Translations under genes and position numbers: made by a program
Assembly (NCBI GenBank): GCA_002633005.1
Contig: NMRA01000150.1
Location: 763,486-827,485 of the forward strand
Source: Phoronis australis
Lineage: Eukaryota > Animalia > Phoronida
Direction: 5' to 3'
DNA length: 64,000 nucleotides
Part shown: positions 36,301 through 48,300 of the stretch, piece after piece
Layout of the letters: each line of letters opens with the position of its first letter
Numbering within the stretch: the first letter of the stretch is position 1
The notes under the pieces: generated by a model
Database searches by the model: none
What the model was told of the DNA's origin: nothing
The model's input: only the letters and a program-made list of their open reading frames with translations

Positions 36301-39300
36301 CCCAGCTCTTGTTACTTATGCAGACTCTCAATCACAGGGATTATCTTGTTACGTAGCCGCTTTATTAAACCCCAGTGAGGTATCCTCAGATGGAACCAAG
36401 TTTGTCATTGGTGATGGTAAAACATACAATGGGTATGTGAACAGACCACTGGAGAAAGGTGAAAGTTACGATGTCTACTATGGAGCAACAGTGAATGTGG
36501 ACGGGGTGTGTGCTTGGATTGTTACTTAATTATTTCTCAATTACTTAAAGGGATTTTGGTGAAAGTTCACTCAGAGGTATATGGTGGGGATACGCTCGCA
36601 CCTCATGGACAGTTACTATGGAAGCATGCCATTGACCATTTTAGTTTTGAAAAAGATGTTTCTCAGTGTTGACTGTGGACAAAGCAGCTTTTCAGAGTTT
36701 GAACAAACTTAACACAAAAGTACTATGAATGTAGGCCTGTATACGAGATGCACTTACTACTTTGACATTATTGCTCTGCTTGTACTGCATTGGTCAGTTT
36801 CATTCCTTTCTTAGATTGGTGGCCATTCACCAGCTATTTGACTTGTTCTCAAGGTGTTTGTATTAGTTCTNCATCCTACGGCCAGGTGTTAGGGGAATCT
36901 TTATTTACATTTACATTACTCGAATAATGATTGTCAATGTACAACTTCTGCCCTGACGGTGCTGTGACCAAAGCGGAACCTGAATTCGCGGCCCCCGACG
37001 AGTAAGTAGATTTGCAGTCTCGTGGCTAATTCACCATAATAATCAGGTGCACATTACTTTGGCTCACTAGTATAGCATTTTCTTGACTGGAAGTTTAGTT
37101 TCCACTGAACTTTGGCTGGTTTATGTTCGTGATGTCTGATCAGTTTCTGAGCCACTGGCCAGGATAACGAGTCAATCCGGCCGGCCGCGACAGGCCTGAT
37201 CGGGCTCCGAGCCATGGGCCAGGTGAACAAGCGTTTTGTGTTTAGAACTCAAAAAATCACAAGTCTAAACAACACTGATATAGGTTCTTCTGTCTGTATC
37301 TCACGGAAAATACTTCGAAATTATCTCTGAACAGACCCCAAACTCCTGCTATGGACCTTATTGGCCTGCCAAACTTTGTAGGCTACGGTGTGTCCAAATA
37401 TCAATAAATCCATAAGAGCGAAATAAAACAACACGTTTTTATAAGAACTCTGTGTATTTTTAAGGGTTTTGCATCGAAGTTTGATGATTTTTTGGTGTTA
37501 AACAATGACTTCAAGCGATAAGCTGACACCAGTAACCCATGTTGTGAACTGCTGATCAGACTGCGTGTGAAACCGATGACATCATTGGATAATTTCAACA
37601 CCTCCGTCTGCCGTCAGATGTCCGGTAACGCAATCGTATGTGTCGTTATGGAGTAGAACTACTCGATCTAAATTGATACAAATTAGGTTGTTTTTTGGGT
37701 GGCATGCTCCTTTAAATAATGCTGCATGGAATAGTTTATACCTTCATGGCAATTTTGAAAGAGGGGCATATTCTGCTAGCCTTTCGCTAAAAGTGTTCTA
37801 AAACCTTGGTTTACCGACCTCTGATTTTCTGGATTATGCCAACATTAAAATTCAAATTTGCAACATTTTCATTTCCGCCATCATTATGCTATGGAAACAA
37901 GCAAAAATTGGCAACAATCCATACAAGCAACAAAGAATATGTCGTAGCATCACCTAGCCTTGGTGGAAAGCTGTATACTGTATTGGCTCTAATAAACGCC
38001 TCGGACGCTTAGAGAAATTCATTTCACGGGGAGGGGACGCTTATTGTAGCCTAAGGCAGTTGAAACCCAGTTTTCGAAACGGGTAATATCAGAAGCTAGG
38101 ATTCATCAAATGTACACTCTGTGACGTATTTGTAGCCTATGACAGTCTTTCTACAAAACTGTGGTGCATTGATATCAAACTCCGTTGTTAAATAACGATC
38201 ATTTTTCAAAAAATTGTGCTGAAATCCCAGGGTGAAAACTTGCCGACTGATATGTCGCTGAATCATGAAGGAAGACTTGAATTCTTGAATAAAAATATAG
38301 TTTCGACTCGACAAATTACCTGAAATCCTCCTGATGTATTACAATTTTTAAGTTCATGCGGAGGTCAGATTAATTGCGATTAAGTCCAAATCTGCGCTAC
38401 ATCGTAACCCACAACATGAGAAAAATCTCAGGATGCTGAACACACATGTTGTTGTCACGTGACGTTTGTTTTGAAGTTCGTCTGCGTGTGAGAGTGAGTG
38501 AGCGATGACAGACCAACATTTTTTCTCCTTTTCAAATATTACACTCAAAACTACGTAACGCTCTCCATAAAAAGTACGGTCATCTAGGCTAGATTGTAAT
38601 CAGCTGATTGTATCTGCATGAGCGAAGCCAATTATCCTCGCTTGTGACTCAATGAATAGAGCAGCTAGGCAGGATCCCTTTGTTCGTGAGCTGAGCGCGA
38701 CACAGCCAATTAACGGTGGATAAATATGGTCTAGTTGAATCGGTCAAACCCCACAGTTTTCCCTGATCAGTGGGGTTTGACGTCATCTCGTTTTGTGGGA
38801 ATGTTTATGACATGCAAGTGTATTGTTCTTTCAGTCCAGCAGTTTATAGACACTGGTGCTATTGATCTGTGGAACACCACCTGTTTACCAAGTGTATTGT
38901 TCTTTCAGCCAAACAGTTCACAGACGTTGGTGCCATTGGTGGGTCTGTTGGTTCTGTAGTGGTCATTCTGGTTGTGGTCATTGTGGTCATCATTGTTATG
39001 TAAGTATCACTTATGAATTCTGGACCAGATAAAATCAGCCCTGAGCTTGGCAATTGTGTCTTGTGCATAAAACTTATGTAAACGAAGGAGGTATTTCTAG
39101 CTGTATCATCATTGGCTACAGTGCTGTAGTGGGCAAAGCATTAATGGAATGTATGTCAGGTAGTCACCCGGTGCATATGAGGGCAAACGTGGCGTGTAAA
39201 GTTGATTTTCACATCTTTGTAACTGGATTTGCAGTTGTTATCAAGACTGTGTTGTCAAAACATTTGATATAATGCTGATTACAAAATGAATCTGTATTTA

Positions 39301-42300
39301 GACGTCGTCAAAGACAAAACAGACCACGACGACATGCCAAGAAGAATGGCGCCACTGATGGATCAGGTAAAAGGTTTCTATATGTGAGCAGGGTGGAATG
39401 TTGATATTGAAAGCTTTAGGAACGATATCATACATTATACTACTTACCATTGTGAGAGCACGGAACTTTCCTTGCGGTCTGGTATAGTGTACCAGACGTG
39501 CACATGCTGCTGAGAAGGGCCCATTGCACTGATCATCTAGAACCATTTTTACGCTTTATTAATGTAGAGTTAAAAACTGAGCTGTGGAGCTAGAGACCTG
39601 ACTCAAGGGGTCTAGCAGTGTGGCCTAGTGGGACTCAAGGGGTCTAGCAGTGTGGCCTAGTGGGACTCAAGCAGTCGATTTCATAAAGGTGGTTTAACAA
39701 AACCAGGTTTAAGACTTAACCCTGGTCTTCCTAAACCTGGTCTAATTTTAGACCTAACTTGCATTTCACCAACATGGTTTAAGAGTCTGAAAGCCTGGTT
39801 TTGCTAGACCAGGGAACTGGTTCAGTAGAACCAGGTTTAAAGTAGTCAAAGGCACCCCACTGTGTCGAGGTGGGTAAACCCAACAAAGAAACGTGGGTAT
39901 AGAATGGCATACACCAGTAGAATCAGTGCAGACATTTACGACAAAGGTCTAAAAGCTTTTCTCATGAGGAAAAATGTAATTTGTGTGCCCAACACACACT
40001 CATTAAAGAACATGCTCACCATTAGATGTAACATGATAAATGCCCAAATTTATTTCTGTGTCATTTTAGTTTTTATTTTTCGCGGCCAAAGGGGGGGGGC
40101 AAGACCCCTTCCCGGCAACATTTGGTTCGGAGAACAGTGGAGGTGGAACTCAGTCAGAAGAATCAGAAGATGCTGTCTTCAGTCAAATCCGTAGTGCTTA
40201 CGACGATGACGCCCTGCTCGACCAGTCGTATTCTGAGGAATCCGCAGGACACACTCCAGCACGTACTGGTCTACGCATAGGCGGATCCAGGGGGGTCAAG
40301 GGGTCCGGAGCCCCCTTTTTCCCTTGATTTTAATGATGTCAAATCTATAATTTTCAAATTGTTGACTTGGTCCCCCCTTCCAAAAAGTCCTTGACCGTCC
40401 CCTCTCCTTTAAAAAATCCTGGATCCGCCCCTGTTACGTTTGATCTCGTGTCGTAGTAAACCTGAATAATGAAAATAGTCCATTTTCGCTCTAAAACTGC
40501 GTCGTAATTGCACACCGCGGCATCGTTCAGTTGTACCTATACCATGCAAGTCTGACATATTTAACAGTTAAACCTGGGTCTGACCTAGTCTAAAGTTTAA
40601 CATGGTTTAAGCTCTTAATACATGTCTAAAGAATATAGCCCTCGTTGGTGAAATGAAAACTGACTTAGACCAGGTCTAAATTGTAGTTAAACCAGGTTTT
40701 ACTAGACCACTGGTGTAAAAGTTAAACCACCTTTATGAAATGCAGATTATCTTTAAACCTGGTCTAAGTCCAGTTTAAACCAGGTTTAACTTTAAACCAC
40801 CTTTATGAAATCGGCTGTAGGGGTCTAGCAGTGTGGCCTAGTGGGACTCAAGGGGTCTAGCAGTGTGGCCTAGTAGGACTCGAATCCACAACATTGAAGC
40901 GTACACTTTGCCCATTGGGTCACACTGTTACATCTAAATGAGATTTTGTGTTTCTATAAAGCTGGAGAGAGGTGACAATGACTTTTGTACCGATCTAACC
41001 TCTGCTTTGCGCCTAGTTATAGCAGGCAATGAATGATGATGAGTTTTGGTCCAATCTGACTACTACTGTGCCCCTTAGTGGCAATTTTAGATTTGTTATG
41101 CATATACCTCTCTATCTTCAGAGTTCTTGATGAATTTTCTTGAAATTTGGCAACAAGGTTTCTGTTAAGAAAACAACAATGCCTTTTTATGCATCCACAT
41201 ATTTATATGTGGGCGCATTATGCTTTCGTCTCTGTCCGTCTGGCATCAGGCGTCCGCTGTTGTATCTCCAAAACTCCGTGATGCATGTTCATAAAATTTT
41301 GCTCACATGGTCCTTTCTTGAATGAGACAGTATGAGCAAATGCTCAGGGGGATCTGATTTCAGGTGTGCCTCCTAGTGGCAATTTTAGTTTTTACGTTTG
41401 CCTCACTGTCTTCTGAGTTTGGTAACGGATTTTTAGGATTTTTGGCGTAGGTATCTATTGGAAAGATGATGCCATCTTTGCGTTTTCAAATGGATTTGAC
41501 ATATTTTTCGCCACCTAGTGGCTATTTTTACGGATTTCTAGTCTGATTATTGCCACGCCCCTCTATAGGTCAAACCACGCTGAGGATGATTATGACTTAT
41601 ATGTTCCACTGGGAAGAGAAGGGCTGATGATGACTTTGAGATGACTCCAACTACACTGACTTTCTTGTAGTTGTTTTGGTTTTTTTTCCATTCATGGCTG
41701 TGTCTCCTGAGCCCTCCAAGGGATCTTTGTTAAATTTGGCAAGTGTATTTACATGAAGGTGACAATAGATGATCTCAACTTTCGGATGGATCCAAATACT
41801 GTGGTGCACTCTAGTGGCATTTTACTCTGTATTTTTGGAGTTCCAGGATGGATTTTTATAGCAAATTAAAGAGACTATGACATCTTTTCATTTTCATTGA
41901 GATTTGATGTAGTGCATGCCTCCTAGTGGCCGTTTTTATTTTCCTGAGTCTGTTTTTGCTGTTTGCCTCTCTGTCACACAAACCATTTCTTGGACAATTA
42001 TGAAAAAAGACGTATATGTTCTTACATTTTGGTGTGAGTATTTTAAATATGGCAGCACATGGGAAGAAAAGTAATGATTTGCATATTTTATAATAATTGT
42101 GCATGGCGGTGCATTGATTGAATAAGTTTTGGAGACACGTCAACAGCCACTCCATTCAAATTTCACTGTATTCTTTGGGCTATTAAGATCACTCTGATGA
42201 GTGATGGTTTACATGAGTTGCGTAGCCCCATTGTGTTGCTCAGGCTGGTTCCATAATATAGGTGGTGACATATCAACAAAGGAGCATCTGTTGAGTACTC

Positions 42301-45300
42301 CTATTGTGCTGCTCAAGCAGGTTCCATAACAGATGTGGGGACAAGGAATATCAGTAGCATTATTTCTCTTCTTCTGTGGTAGATTTTTATCATTCAAACA
42401 ATAAAAAAGTTCATTTTGCAATGCTGGATTTAATTTTCATAGTCCACAATGTCTAAAATGTTTGGGAATTAATGTTGCCACCAACAGGCAGCAGTAGATA
42501 TCATCATAGACTATAGTACATCGACCGCCAACTCCTTATACTTTCAATGGACGAATCTGTGATCTTATGCATAAGCCCTTACGCTTCACTGGCGACACCT
42601 GGCTGAATTTTCTGGTGCAATTTCCGGCAAGTACGTCGTCTGCTAATCATGGTCGGCTTCTGTGTGGCCGGTTGTTCGGCCACACACGCGAAATGCAAAG
42701 GAATTAGCTTCCATACCATCCGAAGACCCCATAATCGGCTGTGGGAAGAAAACCTTACTTCTTGTGTCAACGTGAATGGCAGTTGTTTCGGCAATAAGAC
42801 TTTATACATTGTTCTGAAAGGCACTTTGAAGATGAACGTTTTTAAGAGGCTCTGGTAGGCCTACTACTTAATTCTGTCTTCACAAATCCATTTTTGTTTT
42901 CTCCTTTTTGATGAAAACTATCTGGTAAATTTTTGACGAAAATTGTCCGCTGAATTTCTTCCAAAGGTAGTGACTCATGAACTCCTGTCCTTACGAGGAA
43001 CTTCAGCCATAGTCTAGTGAGCGAATTGACCAAATTCAGTACTCATCGCTGGCCCTGATCAGATGGTTGGTCTCAGTATAACGCGCACATTTGGCCAAGA
43101 TTTGGACCAGCGATTTCAACAAATTCACATTCGTGTACAAATAAATAGAACGCTGGTAAAACCTTTAACATCAATAAAGATTACATTAATACTTCAGAAA
43201 TAACCACCCGGACCAGTCAAAATCTATCTCGCAATTCAACAGCAGGTTACACACTCATATCATGTCGAACATATGCCGCACAAAATCTCTCGACTGCAGT
43301 CCATGAAAATGCAACCAACTTCTTTGAAAACATGGAACAGGAAATTACACCAGAAGGGTGTCAAGGTTGTTTTTATTCTTCAATGTTAAATTTTTGTAAG
43401 CGGACAAATGGTTTTTAAATTTCCGCCTTAAGTCCTAACATTTCCAAACTTAAGCCATTCAAACAAACGTTTATGACGATAACAAAATTCTTCAACCAGT
43501 TTTGTAAAGTCCTATGCCACCTGTAGGGTACATAATGAGCCAATCCCACTCCTAATGTAACAAAAGGGTCCCATGCATAAAGGATACTAAGTATTGCCCT
43601 TCTAAAATATTACCGTATTCACCCTAATAAGCGGCCAGGGCTCTTAGAAAAATCCGCTTCAGGAAGGGGGCGCTTATTATAGCCCAAAAGTGGTTGAAAC
43701 CCGGTTTCCGAAACAGGTGAAATTGTAAGCTAGAATTCATCAAATTTACGCTCTGTGACGAATCTGTAACCTATGACAGAGTTTCTACTAAACTGCAGTG
43801 CATTGCTATCAAACTTTGTTGTCAACTTACGAGCATTTTTCAGAAAATCCCACTGCCAAAAATTGCCGTGAATCAGGTTTCAAGCTCCTTAGCTTGGTTT
43901 AACTATATATTAATAAACCATAAAAATGGTTCCAAGTGATCAGTGCAATGCCTGCGCACGTCTAATAAATGTGTATCATGCAGCTCCTGATTTAAACAAA
44001 GTTCTGTTTTTTTAATTTTGGTCCGGTATAAATAACGCCACAGACCTGTAAATCCAGCGAAGCACTTCTACCAAAGAAATCTGACAATCAATAGTCTCAG
44101 AAAATTTGAGCACCCGGCAAAAGATACTAATGATGAAATTCTGGTGATGATAATCACCCACTTTGTTTAATATTTACTTCACCTCAATTTGAAATACTTG
44201 GTAAAATGAAGCCCATTCGAGTAAGCATCATGTGGGTCCCAATGCCAACCCAATATATAATAGAACCCAACAAGCTCAAGTTGCAGTCAAATCAGGATGG
44301 GCATAAATAAGGAAATTCACTGTACGTATCAATAGATTAGCCAAATAAGAATAAGATACAAAACTTGAATGAAGAGGACCTTCAGTACTTGAGTGTGCAT
44401 AGTATACTGTGTGAATTATGTTGAATTATTCAACGGTTCTTTTAAGAACCATTTCACGCTATACCTACAACCAACGGCAATATTAAGGGCCACTCAACGC
44501 TTCCCAGAAGAACTGCTCACTTGAGAATGTTGAATTATTAACATGCAAAGGTTAAATGGTCAAATCGTTGAAGAGGCGCATTTTTTCTAAACCAAAAACG
44601 TTGTATAAGTATCTTTTGCATTCACAGGTACTCCTTGGAATTTGTGCACAAACATGCTTTTGTAGTTTTCTCATTAGGCCTATGTGAACTATAAATCACA
44701 AACTGTCCAATAACTATGCTGCTATGCTATTGGCCAAGCAGATGACATTATCAGTCGGCACCGAAGTTTGAATTTTGTAATTATTACCAGTAGCATTGCC
44801 AAAAGTACTCACAATGCCAAGACTTCTTCTATTGAAAGACTTTGAACAATACCGAAATTAATTATTTTTTTCGTTGTACTGGACAGTAATGTAGATTCAA
44901 ATATTTCTCATCAAAATGCACTAACCGGAAACTGTACCAGAAAGGTCAGGAGAGTGGCGGCGCCTCTTGGCTAGCACGTAAGAAAATGCCGGGGTTGAGA
45001 GTCTGTTGTCTATAATCTATGCTATCATTGACCCCATCTCTGTTCCTTAGTACCCAAAAAGGGAAGCTGGTCATAAAAGTCGAGAAACTCTGGCAAGTGT
45101 CCATTGTAATGCCAACTGGTGCATTTATAGTTGTTGGTTGGGAAATGAAATGTAGCGTCTAATGTGTACAGCATATGGGGATATTCACTTCACTCACTAT
45201 TTTTGTCATTCATTCGGTCAATCTTCTTGGACTTTTAGAACCAGTCTGATACCTGTTATTCAGCAGAAAAAAACTGGTTCTCAAAATGCACCACTGCTAG

Positions 45301-48300
45301 TAAACTTAATTCACTTTTCGACCAAACTATACATCTTCAACAAATTTACGTCAAAGTATTTTGAAAACTAACTGCACACAACATTATGAACTAACTGGTT
45401 TCCATTTCAATTCAACAGAGTCACAAAACAGGGATGCTCCAAAAGTGAATGATGACGATGTAGCCTCACACGTTGAAATCCAACTGGACAACATGCAAGA
45501 CTCTGACGATTCCGGCGATGGCATCTATGGGAATGTAGGACAGGTGTCAGGACGCCGGAAAACAACAGAATTTCTGGACTATGTCAATGATATGAACAAA
45601 CGTGGCAAAAATGCTTACGGAAAGGAGTACAGTGTATGTTAGATTAGTTTTTGTTTCTATTACACTTAAACATGAGGTGTTTCTATTGGTTTCAACTGGA
45701 TTTAGGTAAAATCATTAAGCATTACCCACTTTAAAGTTGACGCAAGCTGTCATGGCTCTGCTTATCACTGTAACTGGGACAACAAGAATGTCTGAACTAC
45801 TTTGGCTTGATTCTTGGTTCTTGTAGTAATGATGTTTGGTTCACGTTTAACCATTTTTTCTTTATATTTCAGAATTTGCAAAGCGACCTAGTTCAACAGC
45901 ACAAACATGGTGTCAAACAAGAAAATAAGAAAAAGAATCGTTATGGTAATATCATCCCTTATGACAAGTCACGCGTTGTCTTGGAAATGCTTCCCAATAA
46001 CCCACATTCCGACTACATCAATGCTACCCATATTGTGGTGAGTTTGCTAGCCCATGACATGTAGTACCACCCCACTTTGAGTATTGACATGGTTGACCTT
46101 GTGAGGTCTTAAATAACTGATCTGCCAACAAGAATGGCCCTCTGGCTTTGCTTTAGTGTACACACCATGAATAATTCATTGACAAAAAAACGCACATTTC
46201 TAAAGATATGCAGGAATTTCCCCCCCCTGATTCTTCACCTGTCCTCTGAACCGCTTTAACCAGGATCATAGAGTGTGCGGCGCCAGAGTCGAACACAGTT
46301 GTGATGACCACATTTTCTGGTGTGAGTGAAACTCAATTAAGCTGTCATAAACTGTAGTAAACTTCCCCATTTTTTTCTAGCAAATTTTCAACAAAATGCA
46401 TAAACCAATAATTTTCATTAAAAGTTAACATTACGGTGGTTTTCAGCTGTAAAAATCAACACAGTATGGTTTTCAAATTTTAGAAATCAATGAACAAATA
46501 AGCTAAAAATTACAAATTTTGGTTACGGATTGAAAAGAAATGACAAATGTTGATCATAATCAACAATATCACATAGTTTATTATTTTAGTATACAACTAG
46601 TAATTAAAAATACATTTAGAACAACACAATATGACCAAATTAGATGTCAATAGCTTTTAAGACCACACTCATTGCCCAGTCGTGTTGAACTATTTGAGTT
46701 GAGGAGTAACATGCTACTGGAAAACTGCTGTTTGCGAGAATGTGCAAGACTAAGGCTAGCTTCTAAGTTTTACTTACGATCAAAATTTGCCACTTGAAGC
46801 ACAAATTGAAATCAAAAGATAGGTACATGGCAAGAAATAAAATAAAGTAGGGTGAGGTGTTATAAAAAATAAAATGACGAGTGTATGAAACATGTTTAAA
46901 ACCAATGATTGTTTGGGAAGTGCCCCTTTGTCAAGATGAACCCAAGTTGCCATATTTAGTCATTTTGCAATATTTAAAATGTACAAATTTGGAACTGTAC
47001 TTTTCACATTTCAGGCTGTAACTTTGTGCAAATGCCAAAGAAAACCAGTTTCTTAAGTATTAACAAGTCTCACTGTAAAGAATATAGTGCTAGTGATTAC
47101 CTTTCTGTTTCATTAGCTCAGTACAAAGGGTGTGGTGAATAGGCGTTATAAAAGTTGAGGGAATCTTAGTGGTGTCCATTTTAAGCAAGAAATTCTTCAC
47201 ATTTGAACTTTCTCTACTGTGTGTGCGTGTAATTACGCCCAAAATATTGCACGTTTTTGTTCAAGTGTTTTGCATACAGGCGCATGGAGCTATTCTTCAT
47301 TAACTGATACAGGCAGATGTCCTTGTGCATAGCCATGTACGTAGCCATGTACATAACCATGCACTGTCTAAATTGACTGTTCTTTGTGTGTTAACTTTGT
47401 TGTTAAGTCTTTGTACATATCTTGTGAATTGTGTATTAAATAGACAACAGGTCAACATCAACACTTTTTCACGAATACATCGACTTTTATTGGTATGCTG
47501 CTTGGATATCACTTTTGCCGGACAGTGCAGCTTCACATATAAGTACATGGGCTTAGATACAACCAGATACATATTGTGTAGGTATTAAGGATATTCTGTA
47601 ATAATCTTGAAAAAAGTGATGGTGTCTTCAGAAATATCCTATCATTAAGTAAAGTTTCGGCCCAAGTCTTTTGGGCATTAATCTGTTAAAGTGGCAAATC
47701 TTGTCTGTGTTCAACCAGCAAACTGATATTTCATTATTCCTGTGACCATGGTTGGCACATTAAAAGACAAGCTATGACAAGTCTTCTTGTTGAGCTTGGT
47801 CTCCAGCAGTAATCAACTGACTGTCCTTTTGAAGCCTTGAAACCACATTCAACGTGACTAAAGCTGCTTTTGCATTAGAGATAGTCGCGAACGAGTTTGT
47901 GGTTGGATAACCTAATGTACCAAATTGTCACCTTTCTCACTTGACCAAACTATCTTTTGGAATAAATCCAATAAGTTGAGCCTGAAAATCTTTACAACCA
48001 TCAATTCAATGACGTTTCCGCCATTGCAGATGAGAAAATTGTATGAAAACCCTCGAAAGAGTCGTTTAACTATGAAGGAGTTTTAAAAACATTTTTTTTT
48101 TCGATTTTATAATCTTCATACGTGTTTCAATATATGAGAAAAAAATTCAATATCATTGTAAACTGCATGAGTAACATCTCAGTAAATTTTCATCCAATTC
48201 TGAGATGGTGACCTGACACCCTCTGGGTGATTTCATGTGGATGTTGTTCTAAATACTTCAATCAAAGGATCTTCGTTTCGTTGAACAATCAATTGCCACT

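Larger units (their letters stand above)
39460..40927 (-). mobile_element. tRNA-derived SINE with an internal 32-bp tandem amplification, interrupted by a MITE
   Basis: Minus-strand A/B-box-like head (ggattcgagtcc); body matches the SINE at ~60780-61000 (ctagctcc.cagctc.gtttt, gatcagtgcaatgggccc). Confidence 0.7.

Noticed and set aside
47652-47685. Second hammerhead-like motif (minus strand: cagattaat-gccca...tgggc-cgaaac)
   Set aside because: Stem II and GAAA are present, but the CUGAUGA core has two substitutions and the cleavage triplet context is poor. At most a dead relic.
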